Shown here in pieces: positions 1 to 8,021 of a stretch of DNA of 25,158 bases; the stretch's first letter is position 1; each line of letters starts with the position of its first letter. The DNA is from a virus (taxonomy: Duplodnaviria; Caudoviricetes), in the IMG/VR virus record IMGVR_UViG_3300016474_001122, positions 1 through 25,158 of that record; one strand, written 5' to 3'. The translations under genes and the position numbers were made by a program. The notes under the pieces are model-generated. The model made no database searches and had not been told where the DNA came from. It worked only from the letters and a program-made list of their open reading frames with translations.

Positions 1-65
1 TTTTTCTCGTTGGTTCTAGGGGTTCAGGTTGGACTATGGGAGCGTGGATTAGAAGAATTATGTTA
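1..65 (+). CDS. 3' end of a hypothetical gene entering from the left edge (FLVGSRGSGWTMGAWIRRIM), ending at TTA 63-65
   Basis: Frame 3 is open from the window start. Its TTA lies 2 nt from the TTA of the convergent gene at 68-70. Only 20 codons are visible. Confidence 0.35.
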
Positions 66-67
66 TA

Positions 68-376
68 TAAACCTGATTTTGCAGTTAGCCCAAGTTTCGA
101 CAATACAAAATTAAGAACATAGGTGTCATCAGCGCCCCAAGAATCGTAATCAGGACCTTCAGCGAGAAGCGCTCCAGCATCGATCTGATTGTCATTCTTG
201 TCATACAACACCCAATGCACATTTGCGCTTCCTTCACTTCCAAATTTATTTATCCACGCCCCTATGACCCTTAGCATGGTTGCGGTTTGTGATAGCACTT
301 GAGTTGGATTTATTTCTATTTGTAGCGGCGGTGAGGTTTCAACTGGATTTGGTATGTCTGTTGGTAGTATTGGCAT
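68..376 (-). CDS. Small tail-fibre-associated hypothetical protein (102 aa, MPILPTDIPNPV...DYDSWGADDTYVLNFVLSKLGLTAKSG)
   Basis: Not in the ORF track because it runs off the window in code 11. ATG at 376 follows AAGGA and the upstream fibre gene. The WGxDDxY...KLGLT C-terminus resembles small phage tail-associated proteins (recollection). First in-frame TTA is at 70-68. Confidence 0.7.
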
Positions 377-391
377 TGTTTATCCTTGTTA

Positions 392-1258
392 TAAATCTGG
401 TCCGACCCACTCTTCCCACTGTTCACATTCAGCGGTCGTAAGTGCTCTATTGTATGCAGCGAATGAACGTATGTAACCTCTAAAATTTCCGTAATTTGAA
501 CCGTAATCTGCCCCCAATGTTGAATATGTTGCTGCGGTTGCAAAATTTCCAGTTCCAACAGGAGTGACTGGTGATCCATCTAGACGAGCAGTATAACTTG
601 TGGCAGAGGTACTGTCCACACCGTCATACGTAACAATCAATCTATGTCTATTTGTGTCTAGTGTTGCTGCGTATCCCACACCTGGGTTTGATGAACCTGC
701 GGGATAAATAAATCTCCAACATAGTGAAGTGTAGCCAGAATAGTTGGATGCATATATATCCGTCATATAATAATTTCCACCACTTTCTCCAACCAATCTT
801 GCCAACAACATAAATTCAGTGCCAGACCCTGGCAATTCTGTGAGTTGGAAATCAAAACATAGTGTCGATGCTCCGGATGTGAATCCCACGTAACCGCTGG
901 GCGCGTATGGCGCAAAATACATACCAGAAGTGTAAGGAGATTCTACGTCGCTTGCAAAATACGCCGAATCTACGGAACTGCCATTCACCGTTATCGCAGA
1001 AGTTTCATATCGCGGTCTTCTTTGAAGTGTACCACCAGTGGGTTCTGCGTGATAGCCATTTGAGCTATCATCCCTCCACCATCCTACTCTATCATTATCT
1101 GCTGGATATCCGCCGCTATTATTTGTATTAATTGACATGTTATTACTCCCATTAGGAGGGGACAACAATATAAATGCGTTGGATGGTGCGGATGGTGCAG
1201 GAGGTCCCGAGGGGGCTGCCTTTCCAAACGCAAATCTTCCTTGGAATGAGCTTAGCAT
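392..1258 (-). CDS. LamG/concanavalin-A-like lectin-domain tail fibre/receptor-binding protein
   Basis: Pro/Ala/Ser linker, then HRLIVTYDG and FRGYIRSFAAYNRALTTAE (LamG-type end motif). Ends TTA-TAA (standard end 389). Confidence 0.75.
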
Positions 1259-1268
1259 GTGATTACCA

Positions 1269-2606
1269 TAAGCCGAATGACGTCAATTGACCTAGCACAT
1301 CGTATGAACCTGACACGTTCAGTATGCTGAATGACACAACGTCTTTCTTATTAGCGGTGCCCGATGGAGCGGCGCTACCTTGCCAGTTCAGGTTAGTTGC
1401 CACGCCGCCAATCTGCACCGCGGTAGGAATGTAAGCCGTAGCGCTTTGCGAGACAATGAGCGTGCATGAAGTTCCGAATCCTGCCGAGGTGTCGAGGTTG
1501 GTGAAGTTTGCCGTCGTCCACGCAGAATCTGGAAGAACGTAGAAAATGTGTCCTGTGGAACAATCGAAGCTCATCGTAGCCACAGAAACAGATCCCGTAA
1601 GAACGTTAAACTTTTCCTTTATCCTCGCCAGATTTGTACTACCATCCAATACGTTCATCGATCCATTCTTGACAGAAAGTGAACCAGTGACTTGTACGTC
1701 TGTAGTATTTACACGTAGTATGTCCTGTCTGACACCAAATCTGCCCGGTGTTCCATTACCAACAACAAATAGTGAATCAAAATTTTCCAACGCATTATGT
1801 GAGCCTATAACATGTTGATATGATCCAGACGCAACGGTTCCATAACCGCCTGCATATGAATAATCACCAAATGCCTTTGTATCCCACCCAGCTGCATGTG
1901 AGTAATTTCCTTCTGCAATACATCCATTTCCTTCCGCATGTGAATAACCTCCCTCTGAACGGGCGGCGTAACCTTCCGCGTGTGAATTTACTCCAGATGC
2001 TATGGAATTAATTCCTTCAGCATGTGAGAAGTCACCACTTGCTATTGTGTATTCTCCCTCTGCATGCGAATAGTCTCCGCTGGCCGTTGTGTTATAGCCC
2101 TCCGCATGCGAGTAATCTCCCGACGCTGTGTTACTGTTGCCTTCACCGTGACAACTAATTCCTATTGTTGATATGTTGATACCTCGTGACAATGATCCGC
2201 TTATTACAATGTCTCCACCAAACAATGAAATTTTTCTTTCCGTTCCTGAAGAAACAGAATTTGATCCGCTAACATAGAAAAATACATCAGATCCTTTATT
2301 TGATGGACTTGTTATTACACCATATTCGACATCACCTCCAACAAATGCAGCGGATCCAGATGTATACAGAGAACCTGTTATTGATGAAAAAAAGAATTGT
2401 TCTGCGTTTGCGCCTTGTGGACCCGTCGGACCAGTGGGACCAGTCGCACCTGTTTGTCCCGTGACGCCTGTTAGACCAGTTGCTCCAGTAGCTCCGGTTG
2501 GACCTGCAGGTCCAGTTGGTCCTGTTGGCCCAATTGTGTTAACAACAGGTGGAGAGCGGTAGAAAGAGTATGTTTTACGTGATCTAGTGGAGTCATAATT
2601 TCCCAT
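1269..2606 (-). CDS. Tail fibre with collagen repeat and YadA-head-like (SHAEG) beta-roll repeats
   Basis: 14 Gly-X-Y triplets, about 8 14-aa ASGxxSHAEG repeats, and a C-terminal phage fibre domain ([19 protein letters not shown]). Ends GGC-TTA-TGG-TAA (standard end 1263). Confidence 0.8.
1815..2155 (-). repeat. Degenerate 42-bp coding tandem repeat (SHAEG 14-mers, about 8 copies)
   Basis: Translation [14 protein letters not shown] / [14 protein letters not shown] / [14 protein letters not shown] etc. Boundaries approximate. Confidence 0.85.
2406..2531 (-). repeat. Collagen-like (Gly-X-Y)14 coding repeat
   Basis: [42 protein letters not shown]. Confidence 0.9.
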
Positions 2607-2718
2607 AGTTTTTGCCCGTCTATCTAAAGATATTTATGTATCTATCTTAATAAATAAAAGTATCATATTCTCGTCTCTAGTGTACCATAATTTCTTAATT
2701 GAGGAGAAATTTGAATTC

Positions 2719-3063
2719 ATGAATTTTGATATTTGTGAATCTATTGAACAAGAAGTTAATTGTGAAACTAAGATTACCAGCAGCGTAGGCATACCTTGGC
2801 CTTCTGGTGATGGTATATTGCACATATATGATGATTATCAACCATTGTTTACGTCGGCAACATGGAGCGTAACTGCAAAATTGAATGGAAAAGTGATAAT
2901 CAACACAATACCAGCTTCAAAGCCACATGATCAAAGATTCATAAAACGTTGGGCACAATTTCTGATAAGAAATAAAAAAGACTGGTTGAGAAATCTTGGT
3001 GTTGATGTATTTTCTGAGTACCTCAAATGGGGTGGAAATATAGAGGATTTGAATGAGCCGTTA
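2719..3063 (+). CDS. Hypothetical protein
   Basis: ATG 2719 follows GAGGAG (2701-2706). The track's longer start at 2680 crosses a TTA. Ends at TTA 3061-3063 just inside the next gene (standard end 3081). Confidence 0.7.
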
Positions 3064-3274
3064 TTCTACTTGGTCAATTGATGCATTGAGAGGTTACATA
3101 GTCATGAATAAAAGTTTTATTTCAGGTAGTGTTTCTGAATCAATTATCAATACATACAAGAAAACAATAGATGATGTTACGGCGGAAATTGAAAAACGTG
3201 AGAATGAACAGAAAAATGAAGAAAAATTGATCGCTTTTCCAAAAACTAACGTTTCTGATAGTGTTCCATCATAA
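3053..3274 (+). CDS. Small hypothetical protein with a possible coiled coil
   Basis: ATG 3053 follows GAGGA, packs tightly between neighbours, TAA stop. Confidence 0.6.
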   Translation: MSRYSTWSIDALRGYIVMNKSFISGSVSESIINTYKKTIDDVTAEIEKRENEQKNEEKLIAFPKTNVSDSVPS

Positions 3275-3282
3275 ATATTTTT

Positions 3283-4059
3283 ATGAAAAATATCGATTTT
3301 GTCGAACCAGAAATTCATAAATCAGCATCAGATTTTATCGCAGAAATAAGTCGAGTTGATAGGAGTAAGCGTGAAGAAATAATTCTATCTTCGTTGCTCG
3401 AAGGACACGTGCCTTCTCATATGAAATATTACGTAAATGTTACTCAAACCTTCAAAGACTCGACTGGACAGGTTAGAACGTTGGTGTTTAGTGTGTTGCC
3501 TGATTTCTTGTCCATAGGAAATGATGTTGACTACGTCAGAATACCCATGAACCCCTTGACGGCACAGCACATATGTGATGCTTGGGGATGCATGATGCCC
3601 ACCACAAAAATATCTAATATTATTTGGGGTGCTGCAACACATAAATTGCAACCATTGCCTTGGGGGCCACCTTATGATGCATCAATGATGAGCGTTGACA
3701 GAATTGTCGTGCATAACAAGAGAATTCAGGATCAATTGAACAAGATCAGTGATTTTGATCCAAATAGCATTGTTGCAGGACACAAAAAAGACGTTGTGAT
3801 GACCAACAAACTTGCAAAACAACCTGCGCAAGTCGCGATATATGGATGGCACCAATCAAGTGGCAAACCAATTCAACCTCTATATTTGGGACACGAAAAT
3901 ACTTACGCTGATTATTCACATGGTATTAGACTAATTTCTTTGTCTTGTTTGGTTGATGATGTGCCCATGAACATTCAAGACGTTTTGAAAGATAAAAATC
4001 TTTGCGTTGGGATCAGCGATGAAGGTTCGATGGAATCTGCGAGGCAACCGGGAATATTA
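3283..4059 (+). CDS. Conserved hypothetical protein (GHKKDVV, VAIYGWH, YADYSHG motifs), possible enzyme
   Basis: Long ORF with His-containing motif blocks. 18 Leu codons with no TTA, then TTA at 4057-4059 (standard end 4086). Confidence 0.75.
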
Positions 4060-4094
4060 TTTGAAATATGTGATTTGATAATATAATTAAAACC

Positions 4095-4508
4095 ATGAGA
4101 GTAAGACTTTCCGAGCTAAAAAAAATAATTCGTAGTGTCGTTTATGAGTGCTATGGCTGGCCTGTTGAAAAGGAAATGCCACTTTATGGTGTCAAATCTA
4201 AGTCATGGGGTCCTGAAAACTCAGTAGATCCAGCCAATAAGAAGCTCAAGTTGCCAAAAGGTGATAACACCCGTTCAAAGAAAAATTTGAAAGAATCATT
4301 CAATAAGATTACTTCACGTGAACTTGCTGAGTGGTCGGCGGGTAACTATGGTTATATTAATGAAGACGATCAAGCTTCAGATGATGAAGAGAGCGAAATG
4401 AGCGAAATGGATGAAATGGAAGAGGGATCTTGCTCGCAGTGCGGAGGCATGAAGGAAGTTGATGAAGTCACTGGCGAAGCATCATGTTCGGAATGCGGCA
4501 CTTATTTA
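4095..4508 (+). CDS. Hypothetical protein: N-terminal 'RLSELKKIIR' motif, acidic linker, C-terminal CxxC...CxxC zinc ribbon
   Basis: CSQC...CSEC pairs. TTA-TTA follows the last CxxC-GTY directly (standard end 4559 runs up to the tRNA cluster). Confidence 0.7.
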
Positions 4509-4509
4509 T

Positions 4510-4540
4510 TAAACATTCCTATCTCTATAAAATATAGTAT
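4510..4540 (+). promoter_or_regulatory. Putative promoter for the tRNA cluster (TAAACA-17 nt-TATAGT)
   Basis: Sigma70-like spacing. TATAGTAT recurs upstream of the tRNA at 6962. Confidence 0.3.
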
Positions 4541-4568
4541 CAACATGTTGCTCAAATAAGTAACATAA

Positions 4569-4648
4569 GTCAGAGGCGGAAGCATACGCACCCGGAAAAA
4601 AACGGACGAAACAGAAATGTTTCTGAGGGTATCAAATCCCTCCTGACA
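4569..4648 (+). ncRNA. tRNA-like (degenerate class II) structured element
   Basis: GTCAG/CTGAC closing stem, GCG/CGC D-like arm, CCG/CGG arm with a GAAAAAAA loop, GAAACA-GAAA-TGTTTC variable-like arm, GAGGG-TATCAAAT-CCCTC T-like arm. First element of the tRNA cluster. Confidence 0.55.
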
Positions 4649-4669
4649 AAGTGAAAATTTGAGCAATGT

Positions 4670-4752
4670 GGAGGATACGGTCTCTGGGTAGACAACCGGC
4701 CTTGAACACCGGCGATACCGAAAGGTATGTGGTTCGACTCCTCTATCCTCCG
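4670..4752 (+). tRNA. trnS: tRNA-Ser(UGA), 8/4-type cloverleaf
   Basis: Acceptor GGAGGATA/TATCCTCC, D arm GTCT/AGAC, loop CT-TGA-AC (anticodon 4703-4705), variable arm ATACC-GAAA-GGTAT, T loop TTCGACT, discriminator G. CCA not encoded. Confidence 0.85.
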
Positions 4753-4781
4753 CAATTTAGCACATTTGTATTAAATTAAAT

Positions 4782-4856
4782 GGCCTCATCGTCTAAAGGT
4801 TAGGATAGCGGGCTTTCAATCCGTCAATACGAGTTCGAATCTCGTTGAGGTCACCA
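4782..4856 (+). tRNA. trnE: tRNA-Glu(UUC)
   Basis: GGCCTCA/TGAGGTC acceptor, loop CT-TTC-AA (4815-4817), ACGAG-TTCGAAT-CTCGT T arm, encoded ACCA. Confidence 0.95.
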
Positions 4857-4863
4857 TTTGCTC

Positions 4864-4948
4864 GCCACTGTGGTTGGAATAGGCAGACACGTTGGATTCA
4901 AAATCCGATGCTCGCAAGGGCGTGAGGGTTCGACCCCCTCCGGTGGCA
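4864..4948 (+). tRNA. trnL: tRNA-Leu(CAA)
   Basis: GCCACTG/CGGTGGC acceptor, TTGGA-TTCAAAA-TCCGA anticodon arm (CAA 4899-4901), long variable arm with GCAA loop, GAGGG-TTCGACC-CCCTC, discriminator A. Confidence 0.95.
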
Positions 4949-4980
4949 CAGTTTACCCACAAATACACATAGGTGTAACT

Positions 4981-5322
4981 ATGAAAAAAGTTGTATTGCT
5001 ACCTCTAATGTTTCTTTTGCTTTTTTATACATCATGTGGTGATTCCACATTTTGTAACAAAGACACAGATTGTACTCATGGTAGAGTTTGCAGTTTTGGT
5101 TCTTGTGTTGATCATGAACCAGTTCAAAACATTTCTAATCCACAAACAAGAAATTGTGGTGAAGTAAATATTGAGTGTAATTGCGCCACGACTAATGCTT
5201 ATCAAGGAACAGTTAGTATGACCAAAAACTGTGAATCTGGAAAGCAAATGTTTCAAATTTGTCCTGGAATTTGTGAGCCTGGATTTGGCGTACCGTGGCA
5301 AACAATTTGTTATTGCGAATGA
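4981..5322 (+). CDS. Cys-rich putative lipoprotein
   Basis: AGGTG then ATG 4981. MKK + hydrophobic stretch + TSC lipobox-like site. CxxDxDCxxGxxCxxGxC module. Its TGA overlaps the next ATG (ATGA). Confidence 0.75.
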   Translation: MKKVVLLPLMFLLLFYTSCGDSTFCNKDTDCTHGRVCSFGSCVDHEPVQNISNPQTRNCGEVNIECNCATTNAYQGTVSMTKNCESGKQMFQICPGICEPGFGVPWQTICYCE

Positions 5323-5873
5323 ATTTTTTTTCTATAATTAACCTTATTTCCTACGTTCTAGTATTTAATATTGCTACTTCACATAACGTTCCTAACACAA
5401 AAAAACAACCAAAGATTATAACTCCACTTACTGAAGTGGAATTGATGAACGTAATAAATGATTCACACGAAGAAGTGTTTGGATTTAAACCATCTGATGA
5501 GAGACTTTCAATGGCATGGGCCATGGTTGCTCTAGAGAATGGCAAAGGGAAACACATGTGGAATCACAATGTAGGAAACATAGGTCCAGGTCGTAATCAC
5601 GATTATTATGTTCATTCTTCAAAGACAACATACAGATCATTCCATAATTTTTTGGATGGTGGAATTGCTTACTGGAACACAATAAATAGATGTTCTGCCG
5701 TTCTGAAATATTTTGATGTTGGAGCTTCGAAAGAAGTGGCTTTGCAATTGAAACGTTGCAATTATTTTGGTGCAGATGTTGAAATATATATTAAAGGAAT
5801 TTCAAGTCTGTATTGGGAAGCTTCAGGTAAAATCTTGCCAAGATATAAGAGTACAAAAAGTGGAAAAAATTAA
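5319..5873 (+). CDS. Putative GH73/glucosaminidase (FlgJ-like) peptidoglycan hydrolase with N-terminal signal or anchor
   Basis: AMVALENGKG...NHNVGNI...YRSFHNFLDGGIAY...L...YFGAD follows the GH73 layout (AxLESG, NNxxGI, FRxY, YATD). Hydrophobic N-terminus. Confidence 0.55.
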   Translation: MNFFSIINLISYVLVFNIATSHNVPNTKKQPKIITPLTEVELMNVINDSHEEVFGFKPSDERLSMAWAMVALENGKGKHMWNHNVGNIGPGRNHDYYVHSSKTTYRSFHNFLDGGIAYWNTINRCSAVLKYFDVGASKEVALQLKRCNYFGADVEIYIKGISSLYWEASGKILPRYKSTKSGKN

Positions 5874-6327
5874 CAGATTTGTTGGAAATTATTCATTTCT
5901 AAATAATTTTTTTCCTTCTACCATTTATATTAATGGTCAATCATATCCAACCGTAGAACACGCCTACCAGGCACATAAAACCCTTGATCAATTTACTAGA
6001 GAAGTTATTAGGAATGCCAAAGATCCCATGTCAGCAAAAAAAATGGGCAAGGGACTTATACTAAGGGACGATTGGACTCTCATTAAAGTTGACTTGATGA
6101 GAACTTTTATAAAGTTGAAATTTGAAAATCCCATACTAAGAGAATTGTTGTTGGCAACGGGAGAAGCTACGCTAATACAAGAAAATTTGTGGAATGATAA
6201 ATTTTGGGGTGTTACCAAGGGCATTGGTGAGAATTGGTTGGGGAAGATTATTATGGAGGTAAGAGATGAGATACAAGCAGAAATTCTGGCCGATGATCAT
6301 TTGTGCGGCCATGACAATGGCATGTTA
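5860..6327 (+). CDS. NADAR family protein (YbiA-like)
   Basis: FLNNFF, YPTVEHAYQAHK, KFEN..LRELLLATG, DKFWG, GENWLGKIIMEVR are NADAR motifs. GTG start 5860. First TTA after the domain at 6325-6327 (standard ORF 5767-6411). Confidence 0.92.
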
Positions 6328-6463
6328 TGCCGAATGGGATTATCCTGCAATATCTCGTTCAAATTCATGTTTGAATCAAAAGAATGTGACAAAACAATAT
6401 TTTTATTATAATCCTCCCTGTAGAAAGTATTTTCCTCCGCCGCCTGAGACACCTCCTCGTTGA
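6266..6463 (+). CDS. Small putative lipoprotein with a Pro-rich tail
   Basis: GGAGGT 5 nt before ATG 6266. Basic N-region, hydrophobic region, Cys (MRYKQKFWPMIICAAMTMAC). No TTA. Confidence 0.5.
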   Translation: MRYKQKFWPMIICAAMTMACYAEWDYPAISRSNSCLNQKNVTKQYFYYNPPCRKYFPPPPETPPR

Positions 6464-6524
6464 AGGTATACAAGTATTGCGTAATGATAATTATTGATCG
6501 TAGCCAGTCATCCCGGAGGCGATC

Positions 6525-6911
6525 ATGAGTGAGATTAAGCAAGTTATTGTTGTTCGCAAAGACTTGAATATGAGAAAGGGAAAATTGGCATCCCAGGTAG
6601 CACATGCATCAATGAAATTTCTGCTAGATAACAATGAAGCAGAAAGAGGAGATGAAATAGTAATAAAACTAACTCCAGTTGAAGCCATGTGGCTAACAGG
6701 TTCTTTTACTAAGATTGTTGTTGGGATCGATTCTGAGGAAGCACTTAATAATCTGGTTTTTAAGGCTGAAATGGAAGGTATAGAGGTTCACACGATAGTT
6801 GATTCAGGTAGAACAGAATTCAACGGTATTCCTACCTTGACTTGTGCTGCGTTTGGTCCTTGCGAATCCAGGGTGATAGATAAAATCACAGGAAATCTTA
6901 AATTGATGTAA
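6525..6911 (+). CDS. pth2: Peptidyl-tRNA hydrolase, Pth2 family
   Basis: KQVIVVRKDLNMRKGKLASQVAHAS, TKIVV, IVDSGRTEF, TCAAFGP, IDKITGNLKL. GGAGG RBS. Confidence 0.95.
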   Translation: MSEIKQVIVVRKDLNMRKGKLASQVAHASMKFLLDNNEAERGDEIVIKLTPVEAMWLTGSFTKIVVGIDSEEALNNLVFKAEMEGIEVHTIVDSGRTEFNGIPTLTCAAFGPCESRVIDKITGNLKLM

Positions 6912-6961
6912 ATTGAAATGCCAACGGTATAGTATAACAACATACTGACAAGCTAATCAAC

Positions 6962-7034
6962 CCGACCAGGTAGGAGTGGTTCTTCTAACGATTCTTATAA
7001 AGTCGTAACTCTGGTTCAATTCCAGGTGGTCGGA
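6962..7034 (+). tRNA. trnI: tRNA-Ile(UAU) with non-canonical arms
   Basis: CCGACCA/TGGTCGG acceptor, TAGGAG/CTTCTA D stem, ACGATT-CTTATAA-AGTCGT anticodon arm (TAT 6996-6998), TCTGG-TTCAATT-CCAGG T arm, discriminator A. Confidence 0.8.
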
Positions 7035-7076
7035 CAACAAATATTACATGATTCATGATGTGTTATATATTTCATC

Positions 7077-7406
7077 ATGAGTGAAAAAGATAACTCAATA
7101 ATAATCTTGTCAAAAATAATCACAAAACATCAATTGATATTGAATTCAATGTCTAAGATGATTACTGATATGGCAACGATTATGATGTCATCACTTAAAA
7201 AATGTGACAGTGTTAATTGTGATTTGCCTGCAACCCTATTTAATAATGAAAAACATATGTGTGATAAACACACAACTGTTGACATAGTTTCAAAGTCTTC
7301 AAGTGAAGATGATTGGAAAGAGATTGCCAACGTTGAACAAGTCAGGTTCATTTCAGATTACTTGAAAATATCAAGTGAACTTGAAAAAACATCAATAGTT
7401 CATTGA
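7077..7406 (+). CDS. Hypothetical protein (possible small Cys/His metal site)
   Basis: 109-aa ORF with CDSVNC...MCDKH, no TTA, TGA stop. Confidence 0.65.
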   Translation: MSEKDNSIIILSKIITKHQLILNSMSKMITDMATIMMSSLKKCDSVNCDLPATLFNNEKHMCDKHTTVDIVSKSSSEDDWKEIANVEQVRFISDYLKISSELEKTSIVH

Positions 7407-7415
7407 GGTTTATTC

Positions 7416-7844
7416 ATGAAAAAAATTAGACTAGAATTGAAACCTCATGTTGAATCCAAAACAATCACTCTGTACGATTCACCTGAAGCATTGTATCTTA
7501 ATCTAGAAGACCCAGGTGAAATGGGAGCCATAGGTTCCATCCCGATAAAAATAAATATCGGTGAATTTATAGAAGCAGAATGGAGAGGCTGTGAATTTGT
7601 CAAAGATGGTGATGAATGGATTAGGTTTGATTCGATTAGAATGGCAAAAAACACGCCTACAAAAAATTCATCAGGCTCTTTGGTTAGCATATACTATGGG
7701 TGGGTAAATTCTAATATTTTGTCATTTAATGACAAAGAAGATGCTGACAGTTACACAATAAGATTGCTATCACCCGCAGATTGGAAGATGGATTTGGGGC
7801 TTCTTTTCATGGATGATAAAGAAGATTCTGAAATTGAAAAATTA
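7416..7844 (+). CDS. Hypothetical protein
   Basis: GAGGT RBS. First TTA at 7842-7844 (standard end 7865, TAG). Confidence 0.7.
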
Positions 7845-7877
7845 TTTCCAATACTTATGATTTAGGAGAGCATAACT

Positions 7878-8021
7878 ATGGTGATCACAATTGACGTCAT
7901 GGGAACAGGCGAAGAAGTGCGAGACCTAGAAATCAAAAAGATTGATGAAAAGAAGGAGGAATTGAAGAAAAGAAAATTTGTACTACCCCAAGTAGAAACA
8001 CAATTGATAATTGTGAAATTA
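7878..8021 (+). CDS. Small hypothetical protein (47 aa, MVITIDVMGTGEEVRDLEIKK...)
   Basis: AGGAGAG RBS at 7864-7870. Below the ORF track cutoff. TTA 8019-8021 abuts the stop of the convergent gene at 8022 (standard end 8054). Confidence 0.6.

Noticed and set aside
1815-2531. CRISPR array or DGR repeats
   Set aside because: The repeats are in-frame coding repeats with synonymous variation. There are no spacers, cas genes, reverse transcriptase or TR/VR pair.
4392-4420. 9-bp repeat (AGCGAAATG-like, three copies)
   Set aside because: Short coding slippage in the acidic linker (SEMSEMDEM), with no sign of a regulatory role.
4570-4755. Minus-strand 61-aa ORF
   Set aside because: Antisense to the tRNA-like element and tRNA-Ser.
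4858-4980. N-terminal extension of ORF 4858-5322
   Set aside because: It is the tRNA-Leu sequence. The real start is ATG 4981, with RBS and signal peptide.
5767-5859. Longer NADAR start (also the longer starts at 2680 and 5295)
   Set aside because: Each extension lies outside the recognisable protein and contains an in-frame TTA, and better starts lie downstream. The 5295 and 5767 extensions also overlap the upstream gene.
6962-7034. tRNA-Sec or tRNA-Pyl identity
   Set aside because: The anticodon is TAT, not TCA or CTA, and there is no long variable arm.
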